Of a stretch of 64,000 nucleotides of DNA, positions 13,035-25,933 are shown piece after piece. Position numbers and translations under genes: made by a program. Source of the stretch: Anthoceros angustus (Eukaryota > Plantae > Anthocerotophyta); assembly GCA_010909165.1 (NCBI GenBank), contig MU008181.1, forward strand, positions 682,001 to 746,000, given 5' to 3'. The notes under the pieces were generated by a model, which worked only from the letters and a program-made list of their open reading frames with translations, did not search any database and had not been told where the DNA came from. The number at the start of each line of letters is the position of its first letter. Positions within the stretch are counted from its first letter, which is position 1.

Positions 13035-15036
13035 ATGGGGAGCCTGCGGGTGCTGGTGCCCAGCACGTTGCTGGGAAGCAGCGGGCAGGCGGAGGCCTGG
13101 AGGGCCGAATTGGGCACTGCCCGGCCGGTGCTTCCGCGCAGGTGAATGTGCCACGGCGTGGTTGTTCGTTCCTGCTGCTGCTGCTGCTGCTGCTGGAATT
13201 GATGTGTGGGTTGCGGCAGGGGCGGGAGGGGAATGCGGGCGGCGCGAGATGCTGCGTGCGGGAGGCGGGGCCGGCGGACGGGGACGAGGGTGACGCGGGC
13301 GCCAAGAGCAGCCTCATTGCGCGCGATGGCGTGGGAGGAGGGGTGCTGTCGGCCGCCATGCTGGCCACCATGACGTGCGTGTGCACCGAGGGGCGGAGGC
13401 CGCGGTGGCGCGCCACGCGGCCGTGGAGCAGAGGCGGCGCGAGGCCCTGCAGCTGCAGACCCTGCAGGCGGCCAAGCGCGGGGGAGCTCGGCGGGAGATC
13501 GGCAAGGCCGCCGTCGGCAGCGTGGAGTGGGAGTACGGCAATTCCTGCGGGCCTGGCACCTGGGGCTCCGTCTGCGCCGCGGGCCGCGTGCAGTCGCCGG
13601 TGAACTTCGAGATGAACAAGGTGCAGAAGGGGGAGAAGACGATGCGGGATCTGGTGTTCGACTACGGCCCCGTCTCGCCCACCTTCCTCAACACGGGGCA
13701 CGGTACAATGCAGGTGAGTTGAACGCACGGTGACGGAAGATGTGAGTGAACCCAGGCCCTGCTTCCTTCTCGTTTTCATCAAAGGTGAGGAAGTGAGAGG
13801 AGATTACATACCACCAACAGTGCCGTAGCTGGCGTTGGGACGGACATGCCGGTGTCGAGCTTGGATGATAACTGAAAAGCTGGCAGGTAAATTTTCCAGG
13901 TGGTCGCAACAAGCTGAAGATCGGCGACAGGACGCTGGACCTGCTCCAGTTCCACTTCCACACGCCGTCTGAGCATTCCTTCAATGGGATGCACCACTGC
14001 ATGGAGGCTCACTTGGTGCACGGTGAGATGGGAGTCCTTGGAGAGAAGGGGCTTTGCTGACATGTTCCATGTCCTTCCAGTGACTGACTTGCTCTCGTTG
14101 TCGTTGTCGTTGTCGATGAAGGTGACCCTCAAACCAAGTCGCTGGCAGTGGTCGGGTACGTTGTAGACGGTAGACGTTGGCATCTGTCCTGTGGCACAGG
14201 TAGGTAGGTAGGCCTGAGAGTTAGGATGTGTGATGTGGGGGGTGGCCGTTGCCATGCTTGTGGGAGCAGGGTGCTGCTCGATGCCAAGAGCCGCGTCAGC
14301 GCCAACAAGGCTCTGCAAGCTGCACTGGAGTACTCCCCCAAGGAGCACTACAAGACAGCGTGAGTGAGGCGTACCTGTTCTGCTGCTGCTGGCTCGCTGC
14401 TCTCTCGGTGAACCGGCAGTGACACGGTGACTTGGGTTGTTGCTGATGCTGCAGGCAAGGACCGGATAACTTCAGTCTTTCGCCCTCCCTCCTGCTCCCG
14501 TCGGCAGGAAGAATTGTAAGTAGCAGTAGCAGTAGCAGTAGCAGTAGCACAGAGATTGATGAGCTGAGAAGCAGCAGTGCCACTTTGGTTGAGTGGGATA
14601 ACACCCATCACGGTCTTCGCTTGGCACTGGCAGCGGAAGAAGCGGGGATACATGTTCTACCAGGGCTCTCTCACAACTCCTCCTTGCTCCGAGGGAGTGG
14701 AGTGGTATGTCATGGGTGAGTATCCCGTACCATGCTTCCCATCCCTCATAATTCCTGCCATCTCCCATGGCATCTCCTCCCAGGCACTTTCGTACGTAAC
14801 TCCCACTCCTCTGTTGCAGAAACGCCGGTGAGCATCTCCTACGCACAGGTGGTGGAGTTCATGAGATACGTCGGAGACTCCAGAACTTTGGCCTTGAACA
14901 CCGTAAGTCCATCCCTTCCCCTCATCCACTGCTTCCTTCCTGCTGCCTGGTGCTCACATCTGTATTGAACGGCATGCAGAGGCCCGTCCAGCCCCTGGGC
15001 GAGCGGACGGTATTCAAGGGCCCCATGCTGGCCTAA
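13035..15036 (+). CDS. CAH3: Alpha-carbonic anhydrase, CAH3-like (putative plastid/thylakoid lumen), at least 8 exons
   Basis: Spliced product: WEYGNSCGPGTWGSVCAAGRVQSPVN…FLNTGHGTMQ|VNFPGG…LLQFHFHTPSEH…MEAHLVH…YQGSLTTPPCSEGVEW…VEFMRYVGDSRTLALNT|RPVQPL…; stop at 15034-15036. Zn ligands (HFH, EAH) are intact. The 5' exon linkage is unresolved. Confidence 0.9.
14520..14549. repeat. (GTAGCA)n microsatellite in a carbonic anhydrase intron
   Basis: About 5 tandem copies immediately after the gtaag donor. Confidence 0.85.
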
Positions 15037-17708
15037 TAACCCAGCTTTCCCCAGCCCACATGCCAAGAAGCGTGAAGTGTGCGAGAGCCGCTGAACCAGG
15101 TTCCAAGAAGCAGAGGTGTCCGGCAGGACAAGGAACAAGAGGCGAGTGCAGGCCGAAACAGCAGACTCCACTGCCCTGCATGGGCCCCGCACCTTGCCCG
15201 GGGCCCAGCTGTATGTACACTCCATCCCGGGCCGCCCGCTCCCCTGTAGGCTGTGAAATCAGCACCCCCGCATACTTACCTACATCACATCCGCATAGTA
15301 TACAGTATATCCCTCCTTGTAACTCTCCACACTATCCGCCCATGGCGGCCAATCAAGTGTTAACCCTATCTCCTCTTGCTGCCACTCCCGGCAAACGCGA
15401 GCAGAAAGATCGAGCGTTTGGTGAGCAGGTCATGCCCGATTGAGCACGCTAGGGCGGCCTCCCATCTCACCCCGCCTTCTTGCATTTGCACAGTACTCTC
15501 CTGCACGTGGACAACACAAACCGCTCTTGCTGCCGCACAGTACAGCATTAGGCTGCATCCGATTCCCATGAACCGCCTCGGGACTTGACATGAGTCGGCA
15601 TCCAATCGCTCTCCATGTCAGACCAGCGCAGATAAGGATGCCATGGTGCAAACACCGAGTTGCTGTCCAAGTGTATGAAATGTAGAAGCCTACACTGCGC
15701 GTTGCCTTGGCCTCCAAGTTCTCCTCCAATCTTCCAGACGCGGTGTCATCTCCCGCTGCCACCACTCTTTCGCCTCTTTTCTCTTCTCCCTGTTTTTCTT
15801 TCTTTTCTCCTCCTCCTCCTCCTCCTCCTGCACCTTCCGCTGCGCGCATATCTCCCGGCTCGCCTTTTAATGGCAACTGCGGCAGTGACGCAGCAACAGC
15901 AACAGCAGCGGCACTGCCGGCGGCAATTGGCCCAACAAGCCTCCTGTTGCACGCTAACCTCAACGTGTGTGCGAGCTGTCCTCTCTTGCTTTCCGTCGCA
16001 CTTTCCCTCCCTTGCTTCAGCCTTCAGCCATCTCCCGCTTCCGCTTCCGCTTCCGCCATGGACAGACCTCGCGTGTGCCGGCCCGTTCCGTTCGCTCCAC
16101 GTCGCGTTCCGTTGGAGGCGCCACGTGGAGCGATCTCGGCCCAGGAGTGTAGGGTTAAGGTATTTTCTCCCGTAGCCGGAGCGGGGAGGAAAGTCAGAAA
16201 CCCTGGCTGGGGTTGGGTCCAGCCCATCGCACATCCATCCGTTTCACCCTACGTCGTAACGACGGTGACCTAATTTAGCGATGGCGTTATAATCAGCGCT
16301 GTTGCGAAAGTGTATAAAATCGGAACACAGCAACGCCAACTCTCTTCCCCTACCTTTTCTGGAACACCTCGAGGTTGGGTTCGGGTACCTCTCTTCGCCA
16401 GGCCAGCCTTCCCCCTTCCCCCTTCCTTGCCTTGCCTTGCCTTTCCTTCCCTGCCGTGCAGTGCTTGCCTGCGGATGTATATAGCCCGGCTGCGCCCGCG
16501 TCGGGCCCCCCCTGGCCGCAATTCGACACTGCTTCTGCCAATTACGTCTCGTCCCCGTTCCGCCTCTCCGCTGGTAGCCGCAAATTCCCTGCCGGCCGCG
16601 CCGGGCGCCTGGATCCCGCCTCCTGCCGCTGCTGCCGCTGTTTGTTGCCTCTGAGGCTGAGGCTGCTGTTGCCGCTGCCGCTGCGAGTGCTCCGTCGGTG
16701 ATGCCCGGCCCCTTCCGCCTCCGCTGGTGGTGGTGGCTCGCTGCCCTGCGCCGCGCCGGCTCCGCCATGGCCTGACTCGCGCGGCTGCGCTCATGAGGGT
16801 CGAAACATCGCGGCCTGCCGGCCCCGTTCGCCGCACTGCAGCGGCGGGAACTCTTCTGTAGCTCATGGCCGTGAGGCGAGGAGTCGGAAGGAGAGGACTT
16901 GCCAGTTTGGAATTTTAGATATGGAGCAGGAGCACCAGGCTTGATTCGTTCCTGCGTTGTCGCGTTTTTGCGTTTGTTTTCCCTCCCTGGCCGCACTTGC
17001 GTGCCCGGCCTTGCCTGCCTGGCATGTTGTCGCAATTCGGGGTACGCCGTGCCGCAGTGGCCCCGTCGTGCGCCTCTTCGCCGACGGTGGCGGCAATTGG
17101 AAGGTAAGGATTTGCTTCAACTGGTACTGTAGCTTCTTCGCTGTGCTTGCCACGGTAGAGCTGGTGTGGTGCGGTTTGCTGCCTGGTGTGTTACGATGTG
17201 TGCTTGGTTTCAGTGTTTTGGCACCGGTGCATGCCGCAATGACGAAGCTGTGTGCCGTGCTCTGCAGGCCGGGCCCCGTAAGGGGCCTAGGATTTAAGTG
17301 ACACTCTTGCTTGGAGGCAGCTTGGTGTTTGAGCAACTCTGTCCACGGCAAGAGCCTCCGAGGTAAGGTGTTGTTCTGTGCTTTCGCGGGACGGGACAGG
17401 GAAGGGGAGGAACAAGTGTAGGATTTGGACGGGAAAATAGCCGAGACGGGGAAGGATTGTTCTTCCCTGTATATGAGTATTCTCTTTTGCGGTTATGTAT
17501 ATACGAGAACACGCAATTGATGCCGTGTTTGTGCTTCTCCAGGAGAGCTGCGATACACATCTCATTGTCGCTCTCGCTCAGCAACCGGACAGAAGAAGAC
17601 TGGTGCGCTGCGTCTGCGCCTGTTGTGACGCTTGTGCACCTTTGGTTCAATCGGATTTCATGACCGTGCTGTGGGGGACGTGCCGCAGGAACAGGTTCTT
17701 CAGCCAAC

Positions 17709-20700
17709 ATGTGGATTCACGTCGCCGAGAACGGCCACTCGTTCGAGTTGGAGTGCTGGGGTGACACTACCGTGGACCTGGTGAAGGCCTGTCTCGTTAA
17801 TCACACCGGAATCGCAGTGGCTAATCAGATCCTTATTTGCGGCGCTGCACGCCTGGATTCGCAGAGGACTCTGGCTCATTACGATCTTCCTGATGATTCA
17901 CGCCGTGATGATGCACGCCCTGTCGTGTTGTACAATAAGCAACGGCTCCATGCGGAGGCCCCGCCTCCACCACCGGAAGAGGTGGAGAGATATGATCCCC
18001 ATCTGCCTTCGCCTTTGTCGGCAACAACTGGTCACCCCTTGGATGATTCTCCTGATCCGGCCCTCAAGGTCCTTCCTTATTACGAAAGTCAGTTCACGTA
18101 TCATCTTCATAAGGGGAACGCTATTTTGGCTGCTAGCACGGCAAGGTTGGAGGTTTCCAAAAGGCTGCTCAGGGAAATACAGGTGCAGGAAATTGCGCTA
18201 GAGACTGGCCGAAAGAGCCTGCAACAATACCACTATGATAGGGCCGTCGACCCGCAGTTCAATGAGTTCATCAACGCGTACAACAGGCAATATGACCAAC
18301 ACGCAGAGATCTTGCGGAACCTTGACAGAGACTTAAGAAGGCTCAAGGCTTGCAAGCTTCATCCTGCTCTGAGATCAGAGGGGCGCACCACTTTGCTTGA
18401 CTGCCTCGATGAAGCAGGCGTCCGGGGATTGGCAGGTGATTGTGCTACTTCTCTTAAGCAGCTTTATGCAAAGGTTACGGAGAGGAAGTGCTCGTTAGCA
18501 GACTTGCAGCGGAAGGTACAGGAGCTGCTAAAGCTTCAACCTGTGGTTGATGTGCGAGCACTGGAAGCTCAACTGGAGGAATATTCTTCTCTCCTCGTGG
18601 AGCAGTCGAGCATAAGACAGACCCTCAGGTTCCTCACTGGTGCCCTTGCTGTTTTGATTTTCTCCTTGTGGTCACGGTGTCTCAGATCTTGTTTATGTGC
18701 AATTTCCTTCTCATTGTTTGAAGGATGACTGCTTGCATTTCTAACTCTCCACTGAATCGTGCTACATTGTGGTGTTTTTGTCTGATCTGCAGTAAGGATG
18801 TCAATACTATCAAGAATTTTGTAGATGAGCGATTGAACAGCCAGTATTCTTCTCAACGTTCTCACGATGGGGCCTCCAACCGTAACTATATCAGACCACA
18901 TGATGCGGTGTCTGCTTATCGACCTATGCATGAAATTCATGAGTCCAGACTGCTTCCAAGAATGTCAAAGTTGGATTCTCAATTTGCGCAGCTTTTGGAG
19001 CACTGCGTGAGGTGTAAGAATGCAATGAGTCTTTGTGTTCACACCCGCATGCAAGGTGTGGCTGCTATACAGGCGAGCACTAAGGACATAAGGCTTGAGC
19101 TCTTTGGCTACAGAGAGGCAATGAACAGGGAGGAGGAAATGTTTCAGAGGTTGAAAAGGGTGCGGAAGGTGGGACTGTCTTACAGAGCTTGTCTAGCTGA
19201 GGTAGTTCGGAGAAAGAGCTCCATAAAATTATATATGGGTCAGGGGGGTCAGTTAGCTGAGAAGATGGCCCGGACGAGGGCGACAGAGGTGGCCCGACGC
19301 GAGGCATTTCAGAAGAATCACGGGCAATTCCTTCCCTGGGAGATTATTCAGGGAATGGGACTCTTTGGGAATCCCAGTCAGTGCGTTGTAAATATTGCTC
19401 CTTTTGATATGCATTTGCTTGATATAGGTGTAGCTGATATCGACCGTTACTCCCCAGAGCACTTGAAGGGTCTATATCGTAGTGAACTCCAAACTGCAGG
19501 CTCCGGGGAAGAACAGCAGCGAGGGGAGTCTAGGGATAACAATGATGTAGATACAGAAGATGATGGTAGCAATGATGAGATAGCTGGTACAAGCCGATTG
19601 GAGGTGGAGAACACATATCTTAAGTCTCAGCTTGCTGCCGCTGTGGCGATCATCTGCAGCATGGATCCAGAGATGGAGGTTGAGGATGCTGGACAGGGCA
19701 AGGAGCTTGGTGATAGCGTTGACAACTCAGTGGGAAGTAGCAGACTTGCTCTTCGGAAAACGACAGAGGCTTTGAGGTTAAAGGACGAGTATGCCAAGCT
19801 TCTTAAAAAAGAACTAGCCACAAAAGAGGCGCAGTGCTTGTCCTATGAGAAGCGAATAAAAGATCTCGAAGTATGCAACCAGCACTTGTACATTGAAAAT
19901 CTCAAACCTTTTCCTCAAGAGCAGGTCCATCCTTTAGCAGGCGGTGATGGTACAGACTCAGATGTCTCAGAAGTGACAGGTCTAGGGAGGATGGGTGCAG
20001 CCCCTGAGCCAATGGATGAAGGTGTGAGCAGTGAGGTTGAGTGTGGTCAAAGGCAACTTGGTCCATCAAGTACAGTGGAGCATCCTTGCACTCCAGGTGA
20101 GCAGACTGGCCGAGTGTGGGAAGGAGATGCGACAATGTGTGATGTGTCTGCTGCAGGACTTGCTGTTGATGCTGCCATGGTTGACTGTCGGAAGGAAAAT
20201 GCAGCCTCCAGTGAGAATTGGGTGTCAGACAGGTGTACCGAGCCTGCAGAACAAGCGTATGTAGGTAGATGCCCTGAGCTGCTCATTCCCAAGTTTGCAG
20301 GAGAGACAGTGGAATGTGGAGAGGGCTCAGAAGCACCAGTATCCCCAGCCGTGGAGAGTGTAACAGTAGCAGTAACAGATGCTCCTGTGTCAGTCAGCGA
20401 GGCAGACGACCAGTTAGCATCTTTGCATTCTGCACTGGCAGAAAAAACTAGGCAGTGTGAATTGGCAGAGGCCCGTGCCAAGACAGCGGCAGAAGCTGCG
20501 GATCGTCTTCATGCAGAGCTGGAAAGAACTACAGCACATGTCAATGAATGCCAGGTATGCTTGGTAGTGTCGACTTTGTCTCCGTGGTTACAGATAATGG
20601 AGTGATTAACTGCCTTAAGTTGAAATTGTTAAAGGAGAATTGTGCTCACTTGGAGAATCGGCTACACGACGCACTACAAGAAGCAAGAACTCACCGTTGT

Positions 20701-21916
20701 GCAGCTGAGCGACGAGCTGCCGAGTATCAGTCTCTCCGCGCTTCAAGTGTAAGGCTGTGTGGCCTGATGGAAAGACTGAGGAACTGTATCTCTGCTCCTG
20801 GAGGAGCAAATGCATTTGCAGAGTCTCTACGGGCACTTGCTATCTCTGTTTCAAGGTGAGTTGCAGAAGCTTTGATTCTCCAAATGTGCAAAACAAGCAC
20901 AGGAAGTTCTTTGCTAACCTTGATCAGTTCTGGTTGTGGTAGTATCAGTGATGCAGGCGATGATTCGGCCGAGTTTCGTGCATCCATCAGGGTGTTAGCA
21001 GATAAAGTGGGAACTCTTGCTCAGCAACGAGCTGAGTTGTTGGAGCGTTGCAACATTGCAGAGAGTGCACAAACTGTTCTGACGAAAGATCTGGAGGAAA
21101 AGTCTGAGTTGTTGAAGAATTTCTATGCTAAACGGAAGGCGGAGAAGCAGGTATTCAATCAGCCACTGTTTTCAGACTTTTCAGCTTGAAAGCCTGAAGA
21201 ATACCTACACTCCCCTTTGCGTCTACCCCCTCTTCAACTGTTTTGACATTTAGACACAGACATATGGGCCCCATCCCAGAGCCGGTGGAAGAACTCACCT
21301 GACTGTGTTGTCTTCGTCCTCCCCTTCAGTAGTACTTGTTTTTTTAAAGTAAAGTTCAGAGTGGCGTCCTTCCCATTGAGGCTCTTGGTTGTTTACCTGA
21401 TCGAGAGACATGGGGCTTGTGCTTGTATATTAGTTCCTCTGTTCCTTACAGGTAGTTCTGCGCAAGGTGGACTTGGTGTTAACATGCCGCTGTTGCGGGG
21501 TCCTGGATCAAGAGTTGATAGTCGATGCTTTTGCATGGCAGGCAAGCAAGGAGAAGATATGCTTCACACGCTTCAATGTGCATGAGCTTGCGGTGTTTAT
21601 GCCAAATGCTGATGGTCATTACGAGGCTATAAATGTGAACTGTCCAAACTACTACCTGTCTGACGAATCTATTGCATTGTTTTTGGAGCATCCTCCAAAT
21701 TCACAACAGTATATTGTGGGTCAAATAGTACACATTGACCGGAATGTGGCAAGGCAACCACCTGACGGTGGAAGTCCCCCGTCCGGGAATGGCAGTGGCA
21801 GTGAGGCAATTGCAGGAGGGGGTTCTAAATGTCGCACTAACCCTTATGGCTTACCCGTTGGAACAGAGTATTGTGTTGTGACAGTGGCCATGGCCCAGAT
21901 TTTACTCGTGCCTTGA
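17709..21916 (+). CDS. ATG11: Autophagy-related protein 11 (ATG11/FIP200-like), multi-exon
   Basis: N-terminal HVAENGHSFELEC ubiquitin-like start, ATG17-like region (YRACLAEVVRRK, LFGNPSQCVVNIAPFD) and coiled coil. C-terminal ATG11/claw domain: KEKICFTRFNVHELAVF…GHYEAINVNCPNYYLSDES…YIVGQIVHIDR…NPYGLPVGTEYCVVTVAM. Confidence 0.95.
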
Positions 21917-22445
21917 GCTTCTGACCCCAATCTGCTGTGTCTGGTTGGGTGCGATCTCTAACTTTATGGTTCATCTGAGCAGGGTTTGTGATCGTGACTT
22001 TTACCAGACTTGTATATTGTGCTTCCTCCATCTACTGGAAGGATGGCTGGGAGGGAACGCTTTTAATGCTGGAGATTGTATGAGAGCAGGAGACCTTTGT
22101 TTTCTGTATCTGGAGTTACCACCGCTCTGGGAATTGGCTGTTCGTAAAAGATGAAAAAGTCTTCTGTCAGCTGGTGAAGAGCTGTAGTTACTAGGTTTGT
22201 TCATTCTTTCCAATAGATGAGTAGGGAAGTACTCGATAGGAAGTAGAGCAAATTTGTACAAATTACAACGCTTCATGATATGGAGCCTAGGAGAAAATTC
22301 ATGTATAGATTATACGATGATTATAATGAGGTTGGTGAAAAGGGTGAAATTCCCGATAGGTATTTTTTTCAATTTTGTTGATAGTCATCCCAACCATGTG
22401 ATGGAAAATGTATGTACATTGCCCCAACGAAATCAGCCCTACATA

Positions 22446-24954
22446 TTACACTCCGGTATGGTCTACATTTCTGTCAATGCCCCAGTATATGGTGAGTCCA
22501 GAACTGATCAATATGACTGCTACCCCAAGGAAGCTAATAATTGACGCCGATTTGCCTAAAAATAGAACCTCAAGCACGTACAGGATGACGACCTGTGAAA
22601 ACCGAGGAAATGTCAGCACGGCAAATCAATCGAAATGTGGACCTATGAGAAGCGAAAACGAGCACCTGAAGATACAACATGAAAGTTGCTCGTCCTGCCT
22701 TCTCCAACTGCAGAGCTCGCGCACATAGAACCTGCCAGTTCCAGGATGGAGCGAAGGTTACAATACAACCTCTTCTAAATAGGCGCTCTTCTGTACCTGA
22801 ATTTACCTGGCCTAGCAGAGCTATGAAGCTCACAAATATCATTCCAAGAAACTCTAAGATCCCCGGCATCACGAACGTCTGCAATCGACATCGAAGCTGT
22901 TAGGTTTGTGCCAAGGAAATGCTCAGATACAGATATCTATAAATGCTTGTCAGCTGGAAGTTTGATGTACCTGGAAGATGAACATGCACAGCAAGGATGC
23001 AGGGCATGCAAGCACTGCAAACGCAAACACTGGAACTCTGCACACATTGCAATTGATAGTGTAAGCCATATATCTGACGTCAGCCTCAAACTCCTACTCT
23101 TTTCAAGAGCGTTCCAGATATAGACTTACAGAGGTGGTTCTCCAGCCCTTCCAATAGCTCTGACCAGGCAGAAAGAAGCGGCGCCCAACGCAGCAGCAAT
23201 TAGTGATATGAACACTGATAGTATATAATAGCTACTTGGCACGGGGATCCAAGATACCATGCTCTCCCCTCCAAGAGCCTGACCTGCAAAACGGATGAAC
23301 CCATGAAGTGGACAACTTCAGGATCGCAGAGATTAATAAGCTCTTCAGGACAAACAGCTGACAGAAAGATGGACCTCTCAGAAGGGTCGGCAGCATGACG
23401 AGGACAACACCCACAAGATTGCATGCTGAACCTGCACAGCAGTGAAGACCCCCAGTTCAATATCCATACGACCGTACACAATCACATGAATGAGCTCAGA
23501 ACCGTCCAGTCAATATTAGCTTCAGCACGGGCAGTCCATCCAACCCTTACCTGCCATATCTTTGACTGCCCAGTTCTCATTCAGAGTAAAACTAGCCAGG
23601 ATGGCAGTGATAGCAAGGCTGGTGAAGCTGAGCACGGTGGCATCTTCTGTGGGAAGCGCATGGATGCTGCAAGAGATTTTTTGAAGTGGCCAACATGGTG
23701 CCTGTCAAAGGCTGATGCAAAAGAAATGATGCCCAAGTATACCAGATGGTTATTAACTTCCTAAGCTATCACCAAACATGAAGCCGACTGACTGCCAACC
23801 AATCTAGTATTTCAAATTAGGCGACATATGCCACAAATAAACTAGCAAAAAGCCTCTGAGTGCTAATGAGCTCACCTGTACAGGAAACCACAGAGTCCAA
23901 GGAATCCGGTAACAGCTCGAGCAACCAAAAGATCTCTCACGTTGGCGGATAGTTCAAATGCATATCCAGTTCGCTTTAGACCAATGAATGAGACCACACC
24001 AATCACCGCGCATCGAATGAATACCGTCTCAAAGGATGGCACTGAATGCACTGTGTACCGGACAGATGACTTCAGTGACCCAAGAACAGTTTCTGAGCTC
24101 GTTCACATTCTCAGAAGCCAGGACTACACCACGACCTATTCCATTGCATGCAGAAGTGGGAACAAATGAACCAGGACTTAGCGACCTGCAAGAAGCTTGA
24201 CAAGGAGCCCCATTAAGCTATAAGCAAGAGATGACAAAGTCATGCACACTACTCCAGAAAAGCCTGATCCACCCCATATCCACCAGATGGCTTCACTCAA
24301 ACCGCCGAACTCAGTGGGGTTGAAATTTTTTTGCCTTCGTTCCTGCAAGAGCTACCACCTATCAGAATCTCATCAGAAAGCTCCCGACAGGCACCCCGCA
24401 GCTGACACGCATTTTTATGCCGCCCATCTAAAGCTAGCTTTCAAACTTAAAGCACAGAGAGTGCATGGACAGATTCCAGCACCAGATAGTCCAGCACTGT
24501 GTGGGGTACCTTCCTTCACACCGCTACAACACACCTCATTCTGCCCCAAGACTCATCACCTTGGCACGACCCTCACCTTAGATGAAGATTGTGAAGCAAA
24601 CAGGGATGAAAACTGGACGCGCTTCACTGTCACAGACGTGGAATGAGACGGACTGGACAAGGACTTTGTAAGGGTCCGCGGTGATCCAGATAGCGGGACG
24701 AGTTCGCTTCCCCCATGATCGTCATCAATGTGCGCAGAACCCACCTTGGATTCCCTTCCTCGCTCAGAGTTTACACGGGATCTTGATGGAGACAGGGCCC
24801 TCCCCTCCCTCTCTGCCAGCACTCTGGATCTGGAAGGAGACTCAGGCCTGTCATAGGACTTGGCAGTCCTCACAGGAACCACGTTGGCAGGCCTCTCCAG
24901 ATTCAAAACATACTCATCCGGCCGAGAAGCTGGAAAATCCGCATTCGAAGCCAT
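22446..24954 (-). CDS. EamA/DMT-family membrane transporter (SLC35G-like), multi-exon
   Basis: Exons read WWIWGGSGFSGVVCMTLSSLAYSLMGLLVKLLA and QVLCARALQLEKAGRATFMLYLQ. The last exon is VVILYVLEVLFLGKSASIISFLGVAVILISSGLTIYWG…* (TAA at 22446-22448). ATG at 24954 (MASNADF), with an alternative in-frame ATG at 24999. Confidence 0.82.
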
Positions 24955-25933
24955 CCAAGGTGACTCAGAAAGAAGGAACCCACAATGCGCTGGTATCATG
25001 GGCGAGCTGCAGCATCACGGGAAAACCACCACCTCCGCTTGAAGATCAACCGACCACCCTCCATGGCAAACCTAATGGAAGTGAAACCCATCCCGACACG
25101 ATTTCATTCCCACCTACAGATAAAGATCTTCCAGCAAGACCACCTCAACAACTTCCTCCTAGTCTATGCATACCCCGTGTGTCCCAAAACGAAGGCGGAC
25201 ACGGAATTTCGGGCATTTGCAGGTGTGACGAGATTGCATCCGTCAGGCCTACAAGAACAGCAAGCATAGGGAATAGAAGTATATAAATTTATCTCATCGT
25301 GCACAGCCCACAGGAGCAGGGCTGAAAATATGTGGGTTGCGGCCATCACGGCTTGATGCAGCTATTTCACTTTTCCCCTTGCAGCCCCCCGTTGTTTTAC
25401 CTGATACTGTATCTTCCTACGTACATCTTTTATCGGGGCCGTCCGCGGAAAAAAGGAGGCGGCACAGGTGGAGATTGTCAGGGGAGCTGTGGTCGCTGAT
25501 TGGTCGCTGTCCAGCTTCCGAGTCCCTCTACTAGGCAATTTTCCTTCTCCTTCGATTGCTGTCTACTGGAAGTGGAGTATGCTGCTTCGCATCTGGAGGG
25601 CATCTACCTTGTCAAATTTGTGCCTGTGCGTGGCTGGTGACGGGTGTTTTGCGCTTGTGTGTGTTGGGTTTTTGCAGAGCACGGGACGTGCCGCCCCCAC
25701 GGATTTGAAGCTTTTGGTTTGTGTGGTTGCACTTGTGGATGTGGATGCAGGTGCAGTGGCTGCCATAGCCTCTTTCGTTGGGTATGGGGTGCAATTCGGG
25801 CAACACGCTCATCTGACCTGTGCTGTACTGTTCTTGCTTCGTGCTAGGATTTGCGGGGCATCCATCTCGGAGCGTGAGGAGGAGGTGGAGGAGGGTGCGA
25901 CGTTTTCCCACCTAGTCATAAGCTCAGCTTTTC

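Noticed and set aside
12435-13782. Long overlapping ORFs on both strands around the CA 5' end (e.g. 12832-13782, 12755-13603)
   Set aside because: By-products of very high GC content; no recognisable domain outside the CA frame.
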